From an uncultured virus (IMG/VR IMGVR_UViG_3300037325_000280) (lineage: Duplodnaviria > Heunggongvirae > Uroviricota > Caudoviricetes), in the IMG/VR virus record IMGVR_UViG_3300037325_000280: a stretch of DNA of 64,000 nt; one strand, 5' to 3'. This document shows, piece by piece, positions 1 through 9,563 of the stretch. Under the pieces are notes generated by a model, which saw only the letters and a program-made list of their open reading frames with translations, was not told where the DNA came from and did not search any database. Each line of letters starts with the position of its first letter. Position 1 is the stretch's first letter. The translations under genes and the position numbers were made by a program.

Positions 1-298
1 AGATGAAGCTGATGATTACGATAATGACATTACGAAATATATGATTTCTAACATGGGACTTACAGAATTTAATGAACTTAAAACATATTGGGAAAATAAT
101 GTTCGCGAATCATTTGTTAATGAGGCCGATATTAAATCTGACGATGAATTTAAAGATTACGCTGTTAATCTCTTAAAGAAGGCATTTGGAGATGAATTTG
201 ACGAGGACAAATCACAAGAAGTAATTGATGGTATCTTACAGAAATCAGATGGAGATTATGGTGCAGCTGTTGGAATGCTAACAAGTTCACTAGGTTAA
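1..298 (+). CDS. 3' end of an acidic hypothetical protein (5'-partial)
   Basis: Frame is open from position 2 (DEADDYDNDITKY) into the ORF listed at 41..298. Confidence 0.6.
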   Translation, partial: DEADDYDNDITKYMISNMGLTEFNELKTYWENNVRESFVNEADIKSDDEFKDYAVNLLKKAFGDEFDEDKSQEVIDGILQKSDGDYGAAVGMLTSSLG

Positions 299-315
299 AA
301 ATAATTTAAATAAAT

Positions 316-346
316 AATACCTGGCAGATTAATACCAGGTATTTTT
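316..346 (+). terminator. Intrinsic terminator
   Basis: aatacctgg...ccaggtatt inverted repeat followed by T-run. Confidence 0.7.
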
Positions 347-358
347 AGTATATAAACT

Positions 359-1648
359 ATGAAAACAAAAATTCTTAATTTTAATCAGTTTTTAACAGAA
401 AAGTATGAAGTTAAACTATATGAATCTTTATTATTAGAAGGAGGAGCTGCAGGACATATGAGTCATCCATTTGATAATAATGATTTAACATTTGGTGATT
501 TTAAAAATATGATTATCAGTGGACTTCAAGGAGAATTAAACTTTGAATCAGAACCTACTGAAAAAACAGATGGACAAAATGTATTTGCAACAATACAATC
601 AGGAGAAGTTAAATTTGCAAGAAATAAGACAGAACTTAAAAATCCAATGTCACTTGGAGAATTTCAAAACAAATTTGAAGGACATCCTAGTAAATTAGTT
701 CAAGATACCTTTCAATTTGCAGCATCCGATTTAGCTACATTATTAATTAAATTACCAAGCAAAATACAGGATGAAACGTTTCAAAATGGCCTTAATTTCA
801 TGAATATGGAGTTAATATATTCACAAAATCCAAATGTAATTCATTATGATGTGGATGTAATACAGTTTCATGGTGTTAAAAAAACAGACGGAGATGGAAA
901 CATAATAGGAGATGATAATAGTGCCGCCAAGGGTATTGCAGGTGTTCTTAAATCACTAAATGCCAATGTAGGTAAAGTCTTTACTATTATTCCTCCTCAA
1001 ATTATTAAATTACAAAAGGATGTTGATTTTGAAGCAAATAGATCTAAATTTTTAGGTAAATTAAATGTGTTAAAGGACAGATATAATTTAACAGATGCAG
1101 ATGAGGTTGCTAGATATCATGAAATGTGGTGGAGAGAACAAATTGAAAATCTGTTTGGTGAATACCCGCAAGATATTAAAGAAGGATTACTATTAAGATG
1201 GGCATATGACGATAAAAAAACACTTAATTTAAGATCTCTTGACAAAGTATTAACAAAGGAGCAAAGCGCTGCAATTAAGAAATTTGATAAAGAAGACTTT
1301 AAGTCTAAATTCAAGGAAAATATTAGACCATTTGAGGATTTATTTCTTGAATTAGGCAGCGTTATTTTAAAGAATGCTAGTAATTTCGTAGCAGCATCAC
1401 CTGATAAGGAAATGCAAAGACTGCATACTGAAATTAGAACTTCTGCTGATAAAATTAAATTAAATGGAGACCTTTCTCAAATCGAAAAGGTTGCAAGCGA
1501 ATTAGAAAGATTACAACGAATCGGAGGAATCGAATCGATTATTCCAACAGAAGGTGTTGTATTTTCATATAAAGGAAAGATGTATAAGCTTACTGGAACA
1601 TTCGCTGCAATTAATCAACTTATGGGAATTATCAAATACGGAAGATAA
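359..1648 (+). CDS. Conserved T4-like phage protein with ligase/nucleotidyltransferase-like KxDG motif, probably virion-internal
   Basis: LLLEGGAAGHMSHPFD, TEKTDGQN (KxDG), EGVVF; N-terminal NFNQFLTE motif. Confidence 0.5.
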   Translation: MKTKILNFNQFLTEKYEVKLYESLLLEGGAAGHMSHPFDNNDLTFGDFKNMIISGLQGELNFESEPTEKTDGQNVFATIQSGEVKFARNKTELKNPMSLGEFQNKFEGHPSKLVQDTFQFAASDLATLLIKLPSKIQDETFQNGLNFMNMELIYSQNPNVIHYDVDVIQFHGVKKTDGDGNIIGDDNSAAKGIAGVLKSLNANVGKVFTIIPPQIIKLQKDVDFEANRSKFLGKLNVLKDRYNLTDADEVARYHEMWWREQIENLFGEYPQDIKEGLLLRWAYDDKKTLNLRSLDKVLTKEQSAAIKKFDKEDFKSKFKENIRPFEDLFLELGSVILKNASNFVAASPDKEMQRLHTEIRTSADKIKLNGDLSQIEKVASELERLQRIGGIESIIPTEGVVFSYKGKMYKLTGTFAAINQLMGIIKYGR

Positions 1649-1690
1649 AAACAAAACAATAAATTACAGAATTATAAAATACAGAAGACA

Positions 1691-3568
1691 ATGGCTTTAC
1701 AAAAACTAAGAGAATATTTTAATGATACCAATAGAGAATCATTCATTGATATGTTAAAAAATAGAGTGATTGTCACTGAAAAGATATCTTCTCCTATGTT
1801 TCTAGTTAGGCGGAATACAGATGGATTTGAATTTTTTAAGTCTTCTAATTCCAATAAATTAACATTAGTTGACAGAACAATAATATCACTATACGAGGTT
1901 GCTATTAATTATATACAGAGTTTACCTGGTGATATTAAAAAAGAAATGCCAACTGATTGGAGATTTTGTTTTGAATATTTACCAGAAGTAGATGCATCTA
2001 AAATTAAATATCAAAACACACCTACTAATAACTTAATATTAAATAATATTCAACAGATAGGTGAAAATGGAAAAGTTAAAAAAACAATTAACGATCCCGA
2101 AATCCTAAACAAATGGTCTAATAAATTACAAGTACAATCATCTACTGTTATATTTGATGGATATTTATCACAGCAACAAAGGAATGAATTGATATCAATA
2201 CTAACAATGAATAATAAAGAGTTTTCAGATAAATTTGACTACTTAATTGAAACGGATGATAAAACAAGTTTCACATCCTCAATTTTCAAGTTATTTAATC
2301 CAAGTATTAGCGCTTCCGCTCTAAACCCTGATCTAGAGTCAGAAATTGATGGTCTTATTCTTAATTTTATTGATGGTAGAACTATGAGTTCTTTTAAAAT
2401 AGAAGACTTTAACCGAACATACGCTATTGAAGATAATAAGGAATCAAGCCATACATATCAAATTGCAGTTACTGATTTTTTAGAATTTTTAACACAATAT
2501 GATTTAGATACTATTCAGCTAGAAGAAGAAAATGCTGATTATAGATACATTACATTAATGTCAGTCATATTTAATGATTATATAGGTAAAAACGCAGCAA
2601 AATATATTGGAGTTAATTTTGAAAGCGCAGAATTCGCATCAGCTAATTCATTTAAATTAAATACTAAATATATTAAAAACGAAAAGACATTAAAATATGC
2701 TTCAAATGAAATTTTAGCAGAATTATTTAAAATGATTTTAAGTTCATTTAGAAAGAAAAGAAATAAGACATCAGATTTAATCGATAATGATACAATGAAC
2801 GGGATGAATAATATAATTGATAAGATATCAGAAAAAGTATTTGCAGAAAAAACAGACGAAAACTCAATTTACGATTATCAAAACTTTACATTAAATAATA
2901 GGATTAGATCTTCTGTTGATTTAAATGAAGCCCTTACCATAAAATACAATGAGCAAGGAAAACAACCAGTAAATATGTTTGTTGGTAGATTTCAGCCATT
3001 CACATTAGGACATGCTAAGGTATTAGAAAGAATACACAAAGAAAATGGATATCCAGTTGTTGTATTTTTAGTTAAAGCAAAGTCAAAGAAAAAAGGTGAT
3101 GAATTTAGCAGGCCATATGATGAAAAAACTCAAATTGAAATGTTTAAAAACGTTAAAAAACAATACCCCTTTCTAAAGGAAATTTATGTTGTTCCAACTG
3201 GTGGTATTGATGTGATGTTTAACGAAATGAGACCAAAATATGAACCTGTATTATGGGGAACTGGAAGCGATAGAATGATAAGTTATGGTTATCAAGTCAA
3301 TAATGACTCTTATAGAGATCAATTAAATGCAAGACCTGATTTTGGACTCTTTGAAATACCAAGAAACGATGATGATATTTCAGCTACTGCAGTAAGAAAT
3401 GCAATGATCGAAGGCAACGAAACTGTATTTAAGAATATGACTCCAAAATCTATTCATTCTATGTATTTTGAACTTAAATCAAAATTAGAAGATTCAATGG
3501 GAATAGTTGCAGAAAATAATTCTAAAGAAACAATGACATTCGATCAATTTATTAATCATAATAAATAA
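1691..3568 (+). CDS. Cytidylyltransferase-like (HIGH-fold) nucleotidyltransferase with a large N-terminal domain
   Basis: C-terminal GRFQPFTLGH, GSDR and ISATAVR motifs. Confidence 0.75.
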   Translation: MALQKLREYFNDTNRESFIDMLKNRVIVTEKISSPMFLVRRNTDGFEFFKSSNSNKLTLVDRTIISLYEVAINYIQSLPGDIKKEMPTDWRFCFEYLPEVDASKIKYQNTPTNNLILNNIQQIGENGKVKKTINDPEILNKWSNKLQVQSSTVIFDGYLSQQQRNELISILTMNNKEFSDKFDYLIETDDKTSFTSSIFKLFNPSISASALNPDLESEIDGLILNFIDGRTMSSFKIEDFNRTYAIEDNKESSHTYQIAVTDFLEFLTQYDLDTIQLEEENADYRYITLMSVIFNDYIGKNAAKYIGVNFESAEFASANSFKLNTKYIKNEKTLKYASNEILAELFKMILSSFRKKRNKTSDLIDNDTMNGMNNIIDKISEKVFAEKTDENSIYDYQNFTLNNRIRSSVDLNEALTIKYNEQGKQPVNMFVGRFQPFTLGHAKVLERIHKENGYPVVVFLVKAKSKKKGDEFSRPYDEKTQIEMFKNVKKQYPFLKEIYVVPTGGIDVMFNEMRPKYEPVLWGTGSDRMISYGYQVNNDSYRDQLNARPDFGLFEIPRNDDDISATAVRNAMIEGNETVFKNMTPKSIHSMYFELKSKLEDSMGIVAENNSKETMTFDQFINHNK

Positions 3569-3590
3569 TAAAAACAAAATAAAATAAGTA

Positions 3591-4826
3591 ATGGGATTTA
3601 TAAAAACAGATTTTAATGATTTTTTAAATGAGGCAGTTTCTGCTGGTGAAAAAAAGGTTGCGGCCTTCGTCACTAAAACCGCAAAGGAATATGGCTATTC
3701 AGAGGCTGATGCTGTATTTTTTATTAAATCAACAATAGAAAAACTAGGATTAGGTGTAGATGAATCTTTAGAGATATATGAATCAATGTCAGATTTAGAT
3801 TTAATTGCAAAGGATTCTAAGAATTTTAAAGATTTTGTAAAGCAGGCAAAAAAAGAATATCCTCAATTTACAAAGGGAGATAATAAAGATCTAGAAGATT
3901 GGCTTCAGTCGATATATGATAGTGCAATTGAAGAATCACTAAGTGAGGCTAGTGCTTTTATGGCTAAAGACGTAAATAAAGCAGTTAAATTATTAAATGA
4001 TGAAACCAGTGGAAACCCAGGGTATTTATTTTTTGGTGAAGATGATGATATTGAAGAGTTTGATAAATTATGGTCAAAAAGAAAATATCAAGAAGCATTA
4101 GACATGCTTGCTCAAGATAGAGAAATAGAAGCACAAAGCGTAGAGGACATTAAGCTTTTTATTAAAGAATCCCTTAATGAAAGAACTATCACCATTAAAA
4201 GACAATACACTGATGGCAATCCAGCCATTACCGTAGGTCATCATGCTAAAATCAGAAACAAAGTAATAGAAGCATTAAAGGACGGGCAAATTACACAAGA
4301 AGAATTCGATACAATACTAAAGGAAATGACATCTGACTCTACTCGATGGATGAAAAGAAATTCGCATTATTTTAACGTTTCTGAGGATGGAATTACATTA
4401 TCAAAAACAGGAAGTACTGTTCTAAAGGGCATATTAACTGAAAAGACAACAAAAAATCCAGAAATATGGGTTCCGGGTGGATTTGACAAAGAAATATCTA
4501 AATATCCAAATTCTAAAATCACAAAGGATATAGTATACAAAGCCGCCAAAAACTGGGAAGTTGAAGAAAATGACGCAATCTCTTACGTTGAATATGCATG
4601 GTCAATTGATTTAAAAGAAAACAATGAAACCATGAAACATATTCAATTATTCGAACAATTTATTAATGAAAAATTCAGTGCATCTGACATTAAAAAATTA
4701 AAACAATTTGCAGAAAAAGTTGCAGACGAAATCTACGATGCGTATGAGAAAAAATTCGATAGCAAAAAATCAAACATAGATGAGGATGATTATACTGCCG
4801 GCAGAAATGTTTGGTTATATAATTGA
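3591..4826 (+). CDS. Acidic multi-domain protein, likely head-internal; natural C-terminus probably in the +1 frame to 4914
   Basis: Repeated LNE/INE motifs, KHIQLFEQFINE; +1 frame 4801-4914 reads AEMFGYIIDWAG...ELGLE*. Confidence 0.6.
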   Translation: MGFIKTDFNDFLNEAVSAGEKKVAAFVTKTAKEYGYSEADAVFFIKSTIEKLGLGVDESLEIYESMSDLDLIAKDSKNFKDFVKQAKKEYPQFTKGDNKDLEDWLQSIYDSAIEESLSEASAFMAKDVNKAVKLLNDETSGNPGYLFFGEDDDIEEFDKLWSKRKYQEALDMLAQDREIEAQSVEDIKLFIKESLNERTITIKRQYTDGNPAITVGHHAKIRNKVIEALKDGQITQEEFDTILKEMTSDSTRWMKRNSHYFNVSEDGITLSKTGSTVLKGILTEKTTKNPEIWVPGGFDKEISKYPNSKITKDIVYKAAKNWEVEENDAISYVEYAWSIDLKENNETMKHIQLFEQFINEKFSASDIKKLKQFAEKVADEIYDAYEKKFDSKKSNIDEDDYTAGRNVWLYN

Positions 4827-4916
4827 TTGGGCGGGAGATAATAAAATGACAGCAGACGAGGTTATTTCAGACTTTAACTGGGAAGATCTTGAACAAGAAT
4901 TAGGATTAGAATAAAA

Positions 4917-5603
4917 ATGAAAGAATCAAATGAAAATATAGAACTATCAAATATAGGCGGTATGGGACCTCTTTTACTTCCTACTGCAAATACAGATGGC
5001 TCAGGGGATATTTTATCAAAAAGTGGAGATGCTGATGATGAATATGAGAAGAAACGCAAAGAATTTAAGAAAGGATTAAAAACATTTGAACAATTTATTA
5101 ATGAGAATATTGATAAACTCCCAGATGAAATCACAAATTCCGATGGGATTGTTTTTCAAAAACAAAAAGAATTATCTAATAAAAAATCCGCTTTATACTT
5201 TCTATATTACAGAGGATATGATATAGATTTTGGTGGTCATCGCTTCGACTCTATGACTTCATTACAAAGTTATATGGATAATCGTATAGTCTCAAACAGT
5301 CAATATAATAAGTTAAAACACATGCCTATTGTTAAAATAGGCTCTAAGGAATCAAAAAGTTTATACGAAAGTTCTGAAAAGATAATTGATTATTCAAATG
5401 CTAAAGCCAAAATTTTAGTTGGATTAAAAACAAATCTGTTAAGAGATATGAAAGACCGATATGATTTCAAAGAAGATGGAGATAATATTTATTTCTTTAA
5501 CGATAAGAGACATCATTTTGGAACACTGTTTGATGTAGGAACTCGCTATCAAGAACTTAGAAATGACGGTTCTATTGATGATTATGGTTGGATGAAAAAA
5601 TAA
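4917..5603 (+). CDS. Hypothetical protein with LKTFEQFINE motif
   Basis: 228-aa ORF. Confidence 0.6.
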   Translation: MKESNENIELSNIGGMGPLLLPTANTDGSGDILSKSGDADDEYEKKRKEFKKGLKTFEQFINENIDKLPDEITNSDGIVFQKQKELSNKKSALYFLYYRGYDIDFGGHRFDSMTSLQSYMDNRIVSNSQYNKLKHMPIVKIGSKESKSLYESSEKIIDYSNAKAKILVGLKTNLLRDMKDRYDFKEDGDNIYFFNDKRHHFGTLFDVGTRYQELRNDGSIDDYGWMKK

Positions 5604-5630
5604 TGTAAAATTAATCTCTAGAAAGGAAAA

Positions 5631-5659
5631 TGAAACTTTAAGTTAAAGCTCTGTATAAT
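5631..5659 (+). promoter_or_regulatory. Class II promoter TGAAAC-N17-TATAAT, overlapped by a hairpin (aaagctctgtat/atacagagcttt)
   Basis: Motif recurs with exact spacing across the window. Confidence 0.65.
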
Positions 5660-5691
5660 ATACAGAGCTTTAATATTTAACAAGTATAAGT

Positions 5692-5940
5692 ATGCAATAT
5701 ATATTTCGACCTGCCAATTACATACATTGGTCAAAATTACACATATTAAAAATAGAATCCAGTATTAACAATAGCATCACCCTAGAACAATTAGATGAAT
5801 CTAAGACGTTAATTGATTACTTTATTATAATTACCAGTCTTGAAGATAATATAGCAGACAAGGATCTAGAATCTATTGTATTATTATTTTGGTTTAAAAT
5901 AAATTTAAAAAAAATATTTATTTTGAAACAAAACAAATAA
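5692..5940 (+). CDS. Hypothetical protein
   Basis: 82-aa ORF downstream of promoter motif. Confidence 0.5.
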   Translation: MQYIFRPANYIHWSKLHILKIESSINNSITLEQLDESKTLIDYFIIITSLEDNIADKDLESIVLLFWFKINLKKIFILKQNK

Positions 5941-5952
5941 AGCAAGTATAAT
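5924..5952 (+). promoter_or_regulatory. Class II promoter TGAAAC-N17-TATAAT for the TROVE gene
   Basis: tgaaac 5924-5929, tataat 5947-5952. Confidence 0.65.
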
Positions 5953-5975
5953 ATAAGAATTTAAAAATAAACAAA

Positions 5976-7400
5976 ATGAATTTCATAGACGCATTAAGAA
6001 CTAAAGACACTTTTACTGAGAATGGCATGCCGACTAATTCAACGTCATTAAATGCATGTGTTGATTTATTTTTTAATATAGGAGCGATGCGAGGTCAAGA
6101 TAAATCTAGATTAATTTCTACTTTTTCAAAGGCATATATTGAAGATCCTATCCGCGCTATGAAAATATTATTTTGGGCTAGAGATATTAGAGGAGGTGCA
6201 GGTGAACGTCAAATATTCAAGGATATATTAGTATACCTTTCAGCAGATCATGATCTTTCACTTAAACCTAACTTAAAATTTATTCCAGAGTATGGCAGAT
6301 GGGATGATTTATTACCATTATTTGGAACTTATTTAGAAAAAGATGCGTTATCAATGATTAAAGAAGCTCTTGATGCTGATAATGCACTATGTGCAAAATG
6401 GATGCCTAGGAAGGGGATTAACGCTGCCCGAATCAGGTCATTTTTAAATTTGACGCCAAGGCAATATCGAAAATTACTAGTTAATTTGACAAACGTAGTT
6501 GAAACACAAATGTGTGCTAATGATTGGGATTCCATTGCCTTTGGAAAAATACCCTCAGTTGCGAGTGCAAGATATCAAAAGGCATTTGGAAAAAATGCAT
6601 ATGAGACTTATTCTACATACATTGAATCTTTAACAAAAGGAGAATCTAAAATTAACGCAGGAGCAGTATACCCTTACGATATTACAAAGACACTGGAACA
6701 TGGTAGTTCAATAGTAGCCAACGAACAATGGAAAGCTCTACCGAATTATATGGAAGGTATTACTGAAAATATACTGCCAATAGTAGACGTATCAGGTTCT
6801 ATGTGTGCATCAGCTGGAGGAAGCAAGTATGTATCATGTATGGATGTTGCAATATCACTGGGACTTTATATTTCAGAAAGAAATAGCGGTGCTTTTAAGG
6901 ATGCATTTATTACATTCTCATCTAACCCTACGCTTCAAGTACTAAAAGGATCACTGTATGATAGATATTCTCAAATGAATTCATCAAAGTGGGGAATGTC
7001 AACTGATATTCAAGCGACATTTAAGATGATTTTAAAACATTCTGTTGAAAATAAATTAGAAAAAGAAGAAATGCCATCTAAGATATTAATATTATCTGAT
7101 ATGGAATTTGATCAAGCTGTAAATTCATGGAGGCAAAATGAAAAAGGATGGAATCCTAGTGTAAATGAACTGATCAGTAAGACGTATAATGACGCTGGAT
7201 ATGATATGCCACAAATAGTTTATTGGAATATTCAATCAAGGAATGGAGGAATTCCAGTTTCATTTAAAGAAGATGGAACTGCACTTATATCTGGATTCTC
7301 TCCAGCTATAATGACAAGTATATTAGGCGGAAAAATTGAATCACCGTATCAAATAATGGACAAAACTATAATGAAAGAAAGATATGAACAAATAAAATAA
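5976..7400 (+). CDS. TROVE/DUF2828 plus vWA domain protein (Ro60-related)
   Basis: TENG, RDIRGGAGER, IPEYGRWDDL, AKWMPR; MIDAS motif DVSGSM; LSDMEFD; SGFSP. Confidence 0.85.
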   Translation: MNFIDALRTKDTFTENGMPTNSTSLNACVDLFFNIGAMRGQDKSRLISTFSKAYIEDPIRAMKILFWARDIRGGAGERQIFKDILVYLSADHDLSLKPNLKFIPEYGRWDDLLPLFGTYLEKDALSMIKEALDADNALCAKWMPRKGINAARIRSFLNLTPRQYRKLLVNLTNVVETQMCANDWDSIAFGKIPSVASARYQKAFGKNAYETYSTYIESLTKGESKINAGAVYPYDITKTLEHGSSIVANEQWKALPNYMEGITENILPIVDVSGSMCASAGGSKYVSCMDVAISLGLYISERNSGAFKDAFITFSSNPTLQVLKGSLYDRYSQMNSSKWGMSTDIQATFKMILKHSVENKLEKEEMPSKILILSDMEFDQAVNSWRQNEKGWNPSVNELISKTYNDAGYDMPQIVYWNIQSRNGGIPVSFKEDGTALISGFSPAIMTSILGGKIESPYQIMDKTIMKERYEQIK

Positions 7401-7413
7401 ATAAAAAAAAATA

Positions 7414-7703
7414 AGATTCCATACAGCAAACAATAAAAAGCAAAACTGTTAAGCAAATGGACAGGAATCTGGCGGATGGCTACAGCAACTAATAAACTAA
7501 CAAATATGATAGTTAATTTTACATGTAAAATTAACACGTGGAAATCTTTAAAGGCCGACCACTATAAAAAATGGTACAAGGTCATACTTCTCTAATTAAG
7601 TATTCGAAAATATGTTGAATCTAGTAGACTTATATTTCGATTAACGAAGACTATAAAGAGGGATATTCTTGCCGAAGAAGAAAAAATACGAAAAGCCATC
7701 CCG
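7414..7703 (+). ncRNA. Candidate structured RNA(s): two stem-TACAGCAA units downstream of the TROVE gene
   Basis: agattcc 7414-7420 pairs with ggaatct 7464-7470; ggatggct 7474-7481 pairs with agccatcc 7694-7701; each 5' strand runs into TACAGCAA; several internal hairpins. Confidence 0.6.
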
Positions 7704-7715
7704 TACTATTAAAAT

Positions 7716-7758
7716 AAACCCTGAAAACTGTTAATAACTTTTTATTCAGGGTTTTTTT
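7716..7758 (+). terminator. Intrinsic terminator
   Basis: aaaccctgaa...ttcagggttt followed by T-run. Confidence 0.7.
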
Positions 7759-7814
7759 ATGTCTATTTTTTTGATTATATTTACATATAGAAATTAATAT
7801 AAAACTTAAATATT

Positions 7815-8045
7815 ATGAATAGAGAAACTGCAATTCAAACTACTTTCAATGTTTTAAACACATTAACATCTGCCATAGCACATCAGATATTTGTTGAAGA
7901 ATGTGAATGTCAGATCGATATGCTCAATACATATATTTGGAATAAATATGATGTAGGAGGATGGCAATACATAAATGGAATCAGCTGTTTCGATATTTTA
8001 AAAAATGCATACCTGGACAAGGCACTGAATACTTATATGACATAA
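7815..8045 (+). CDS. Hypothetical protein
   Basis: 76-aa ORF after TTGATTATATTTACAT promoter motif (7771-7786). Confidence 0.55.
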   Translation: MNRETAIQTTFNVLNTLTSAIAHQIFVEECECQIDMLNTYIWNKYDVGGWQYINGISCFDILKNAYLDKALNTYMT

Positions 8046-8097
8046 TATTAAACAAAAAACAAAATTAAAATATAACATTAAAAAACATAGTAATTTT

Positions 8098-8367
8098 ATG
8101 AACATATTAGATGAAGCAAGTGGTATAGTAAATAACCGCAGTGAAGAAGCAGACAGAAACTACGGTCCTTTTTCAGAAGGAATGGATAGGGCTGCCTTGA
8201 TTTTTAAAGGTATGACTGGTATTGAAGTTACCGGAGAACATATGTTTAAGGCATTAGTAGCTCTGAAATTTTCAAGAGAATCATATAATCACAAGCGTGA
8301 CAATTTATTAGATGCAGTTGCATACATTCAAGGATTAGATAATTATATTAATGAAAAAATAGATTAA
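8098..8367 (+). CDS. DUF6378-like small helical protein (putative nucleotide-modification associated)
   Basis: ILDEA...R...YGPF...LKFSRE...HKRDNLLDAVAY pattern. Confidence 0.65.
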   Translation: MNILDEASGIVNNRSEEADRNYGPFSEGMDRAALIFKGMTGIEVTGEHMFKALVALKFSRESYNHKRDNLLDAVAYIQGLDNYINEKID

Positions 8368-8368
8368 T

Positions 8369-9466
8369 ATGAAAATACTATTCACAGGATGTACTGCAAA
8401 GCAAACCGACGATAATGCATGGAAAAGAGCAAGGGTAAAAAGAATTGATGACAGTTCTATTATATGTAACTCTCTAAGGAAACAAGGATATTTAGTAGAT
8501 AGACGTAAGGTGAAATGGGGTGATGATCTTTCTGAATATGGCTTAGCTATTATTGGAATAGGTCAATTTGGCTCAAACAATTATTCAGGAGAAATCTTTA
8601 ACGTAATGTATGCTCTTAAGACTGTAAAAAATGTCATAGTATTTCATGAGGATTGGAAAATAGACGGAACTATGAAATCTTGGGAAAAAATGTTAGATCA
8701 AGCAGTCTTTGATAAATCAATATCAAAGAAATGGAGTAATGGAAGCTATTTTTACGGAGGAGTAGATAATCCTTTGTTTAATCCAATCGAAGCAGTTGAA
8801 GTTATTAGAGATATTGTTGATGGTAAATTCGAAAATGCATTAATACCCGCATTCGATTGGGGAGATAAAGAAAAGATTAGAGATATTATTAAGGCAAAAA
8901 ATATCTACAATCTAGATTTAACACCATATGTCCTTGAGAATTGGAATATAAGTATTAACAATCCTCTTCAAGCAAAGGAAAGAAAGCATATGCTAGCTTC
9001 TATTGTCGATCATAGTCCATGGGTTCGCCGAAATAAATTAAAATGGCCAGTAGATTATTTTGGAGCAAAGAGTATTAAAACAGCACGGTTGCTTGACACT
9101 GAAACAGATGTATTTGAAACATGCGGAAAGTACTGGGGAATTCTTTGTCCTGAATATCCTCATGCTGGTTCAGGGTGGTTTCGTATAAGATGGATTTATG
9201 CTGCAATTCAACGATCAATCCTAATATCATCACCGAAGGATCTAGAGGCACTTGGATTACCCCAGATGAACATAGAAACGTTAAGTGATATTCAATTAGA
9301 AGAATACGCGCAAACCCAGTCTGACACTATATTATCATATATGTGGAGTAAAGATGATTTTGATAATAGGATAGATTTAGTAGTAAGTGATGTTGGAAGC
9401 AATTGTCTAACAAAAAATAAACAAAATTACACGCCTCCTATTATTAAACAAAACTCTTTATTTTAA
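8369..9466 (+). CDS. Putative GT-B fold DNA glycosyltransferase
   Basis: MKILFTG N-terminal Rossmann strand, YPHAGSGWFRIR motif, context between nucleotide-pool genes. Confidence 0.5.
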   Translation: MKILFTGCTAKQTDDNAWKRARVKRIDDSSIICNSLRKQGYLVDRRKVKWGDDLSEYGLAIIGIGQFGSNNYSGEIFNVMYALKTVKNVIVFHEDWKIDGTMKSWEKMLDQAVFDKSISKKWSNGSYFYGGVDNPLFNPIEAVEVIRDIVDGKFENALIPAFDWGDKEKIRDIIKAKNIYNLDLTPYVLENWNISINNPLQAKERKHMLASIVDHSPWVRRNKLKWPVDYFGAKSIKTARLLDTETDVFETCGKYWGILCPEYPHAGSGWFRIRWIYAAIQRSILISSPKDLEALGLPQMNIETLSDIQLEEYAQTQSDTILSYMWSKDDFDNRIDLVVSDVGSNCLTKNKQNYTPPIIKQNSLF

Positions 9467-9480
9467 AATAAATTAAACTA

Positions 9481-9505
9481 AAAACCCTGTATACGGGGTT
9501 TTTTT
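9481..9505 (+). terminator. Intrinsic terminator, followed by a class II promoter variant at 9509-9537
   Basis: aaaaccctgtatacggggttttttt. Confidence 0.75.
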
Positions 9506-9563
9506 ATGTGAAACAAACAGGCATATTTTAATAAAACTACTATAAACATATAAAAAATTAATT

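Noticed and set aside
7349..7537. 62-aa minus-strand ORF over the TROVE downstream region
   Set aside because: Overlaps the TROVE 3' end, low complexity, no promoter motif; the RNA structure explains the region better
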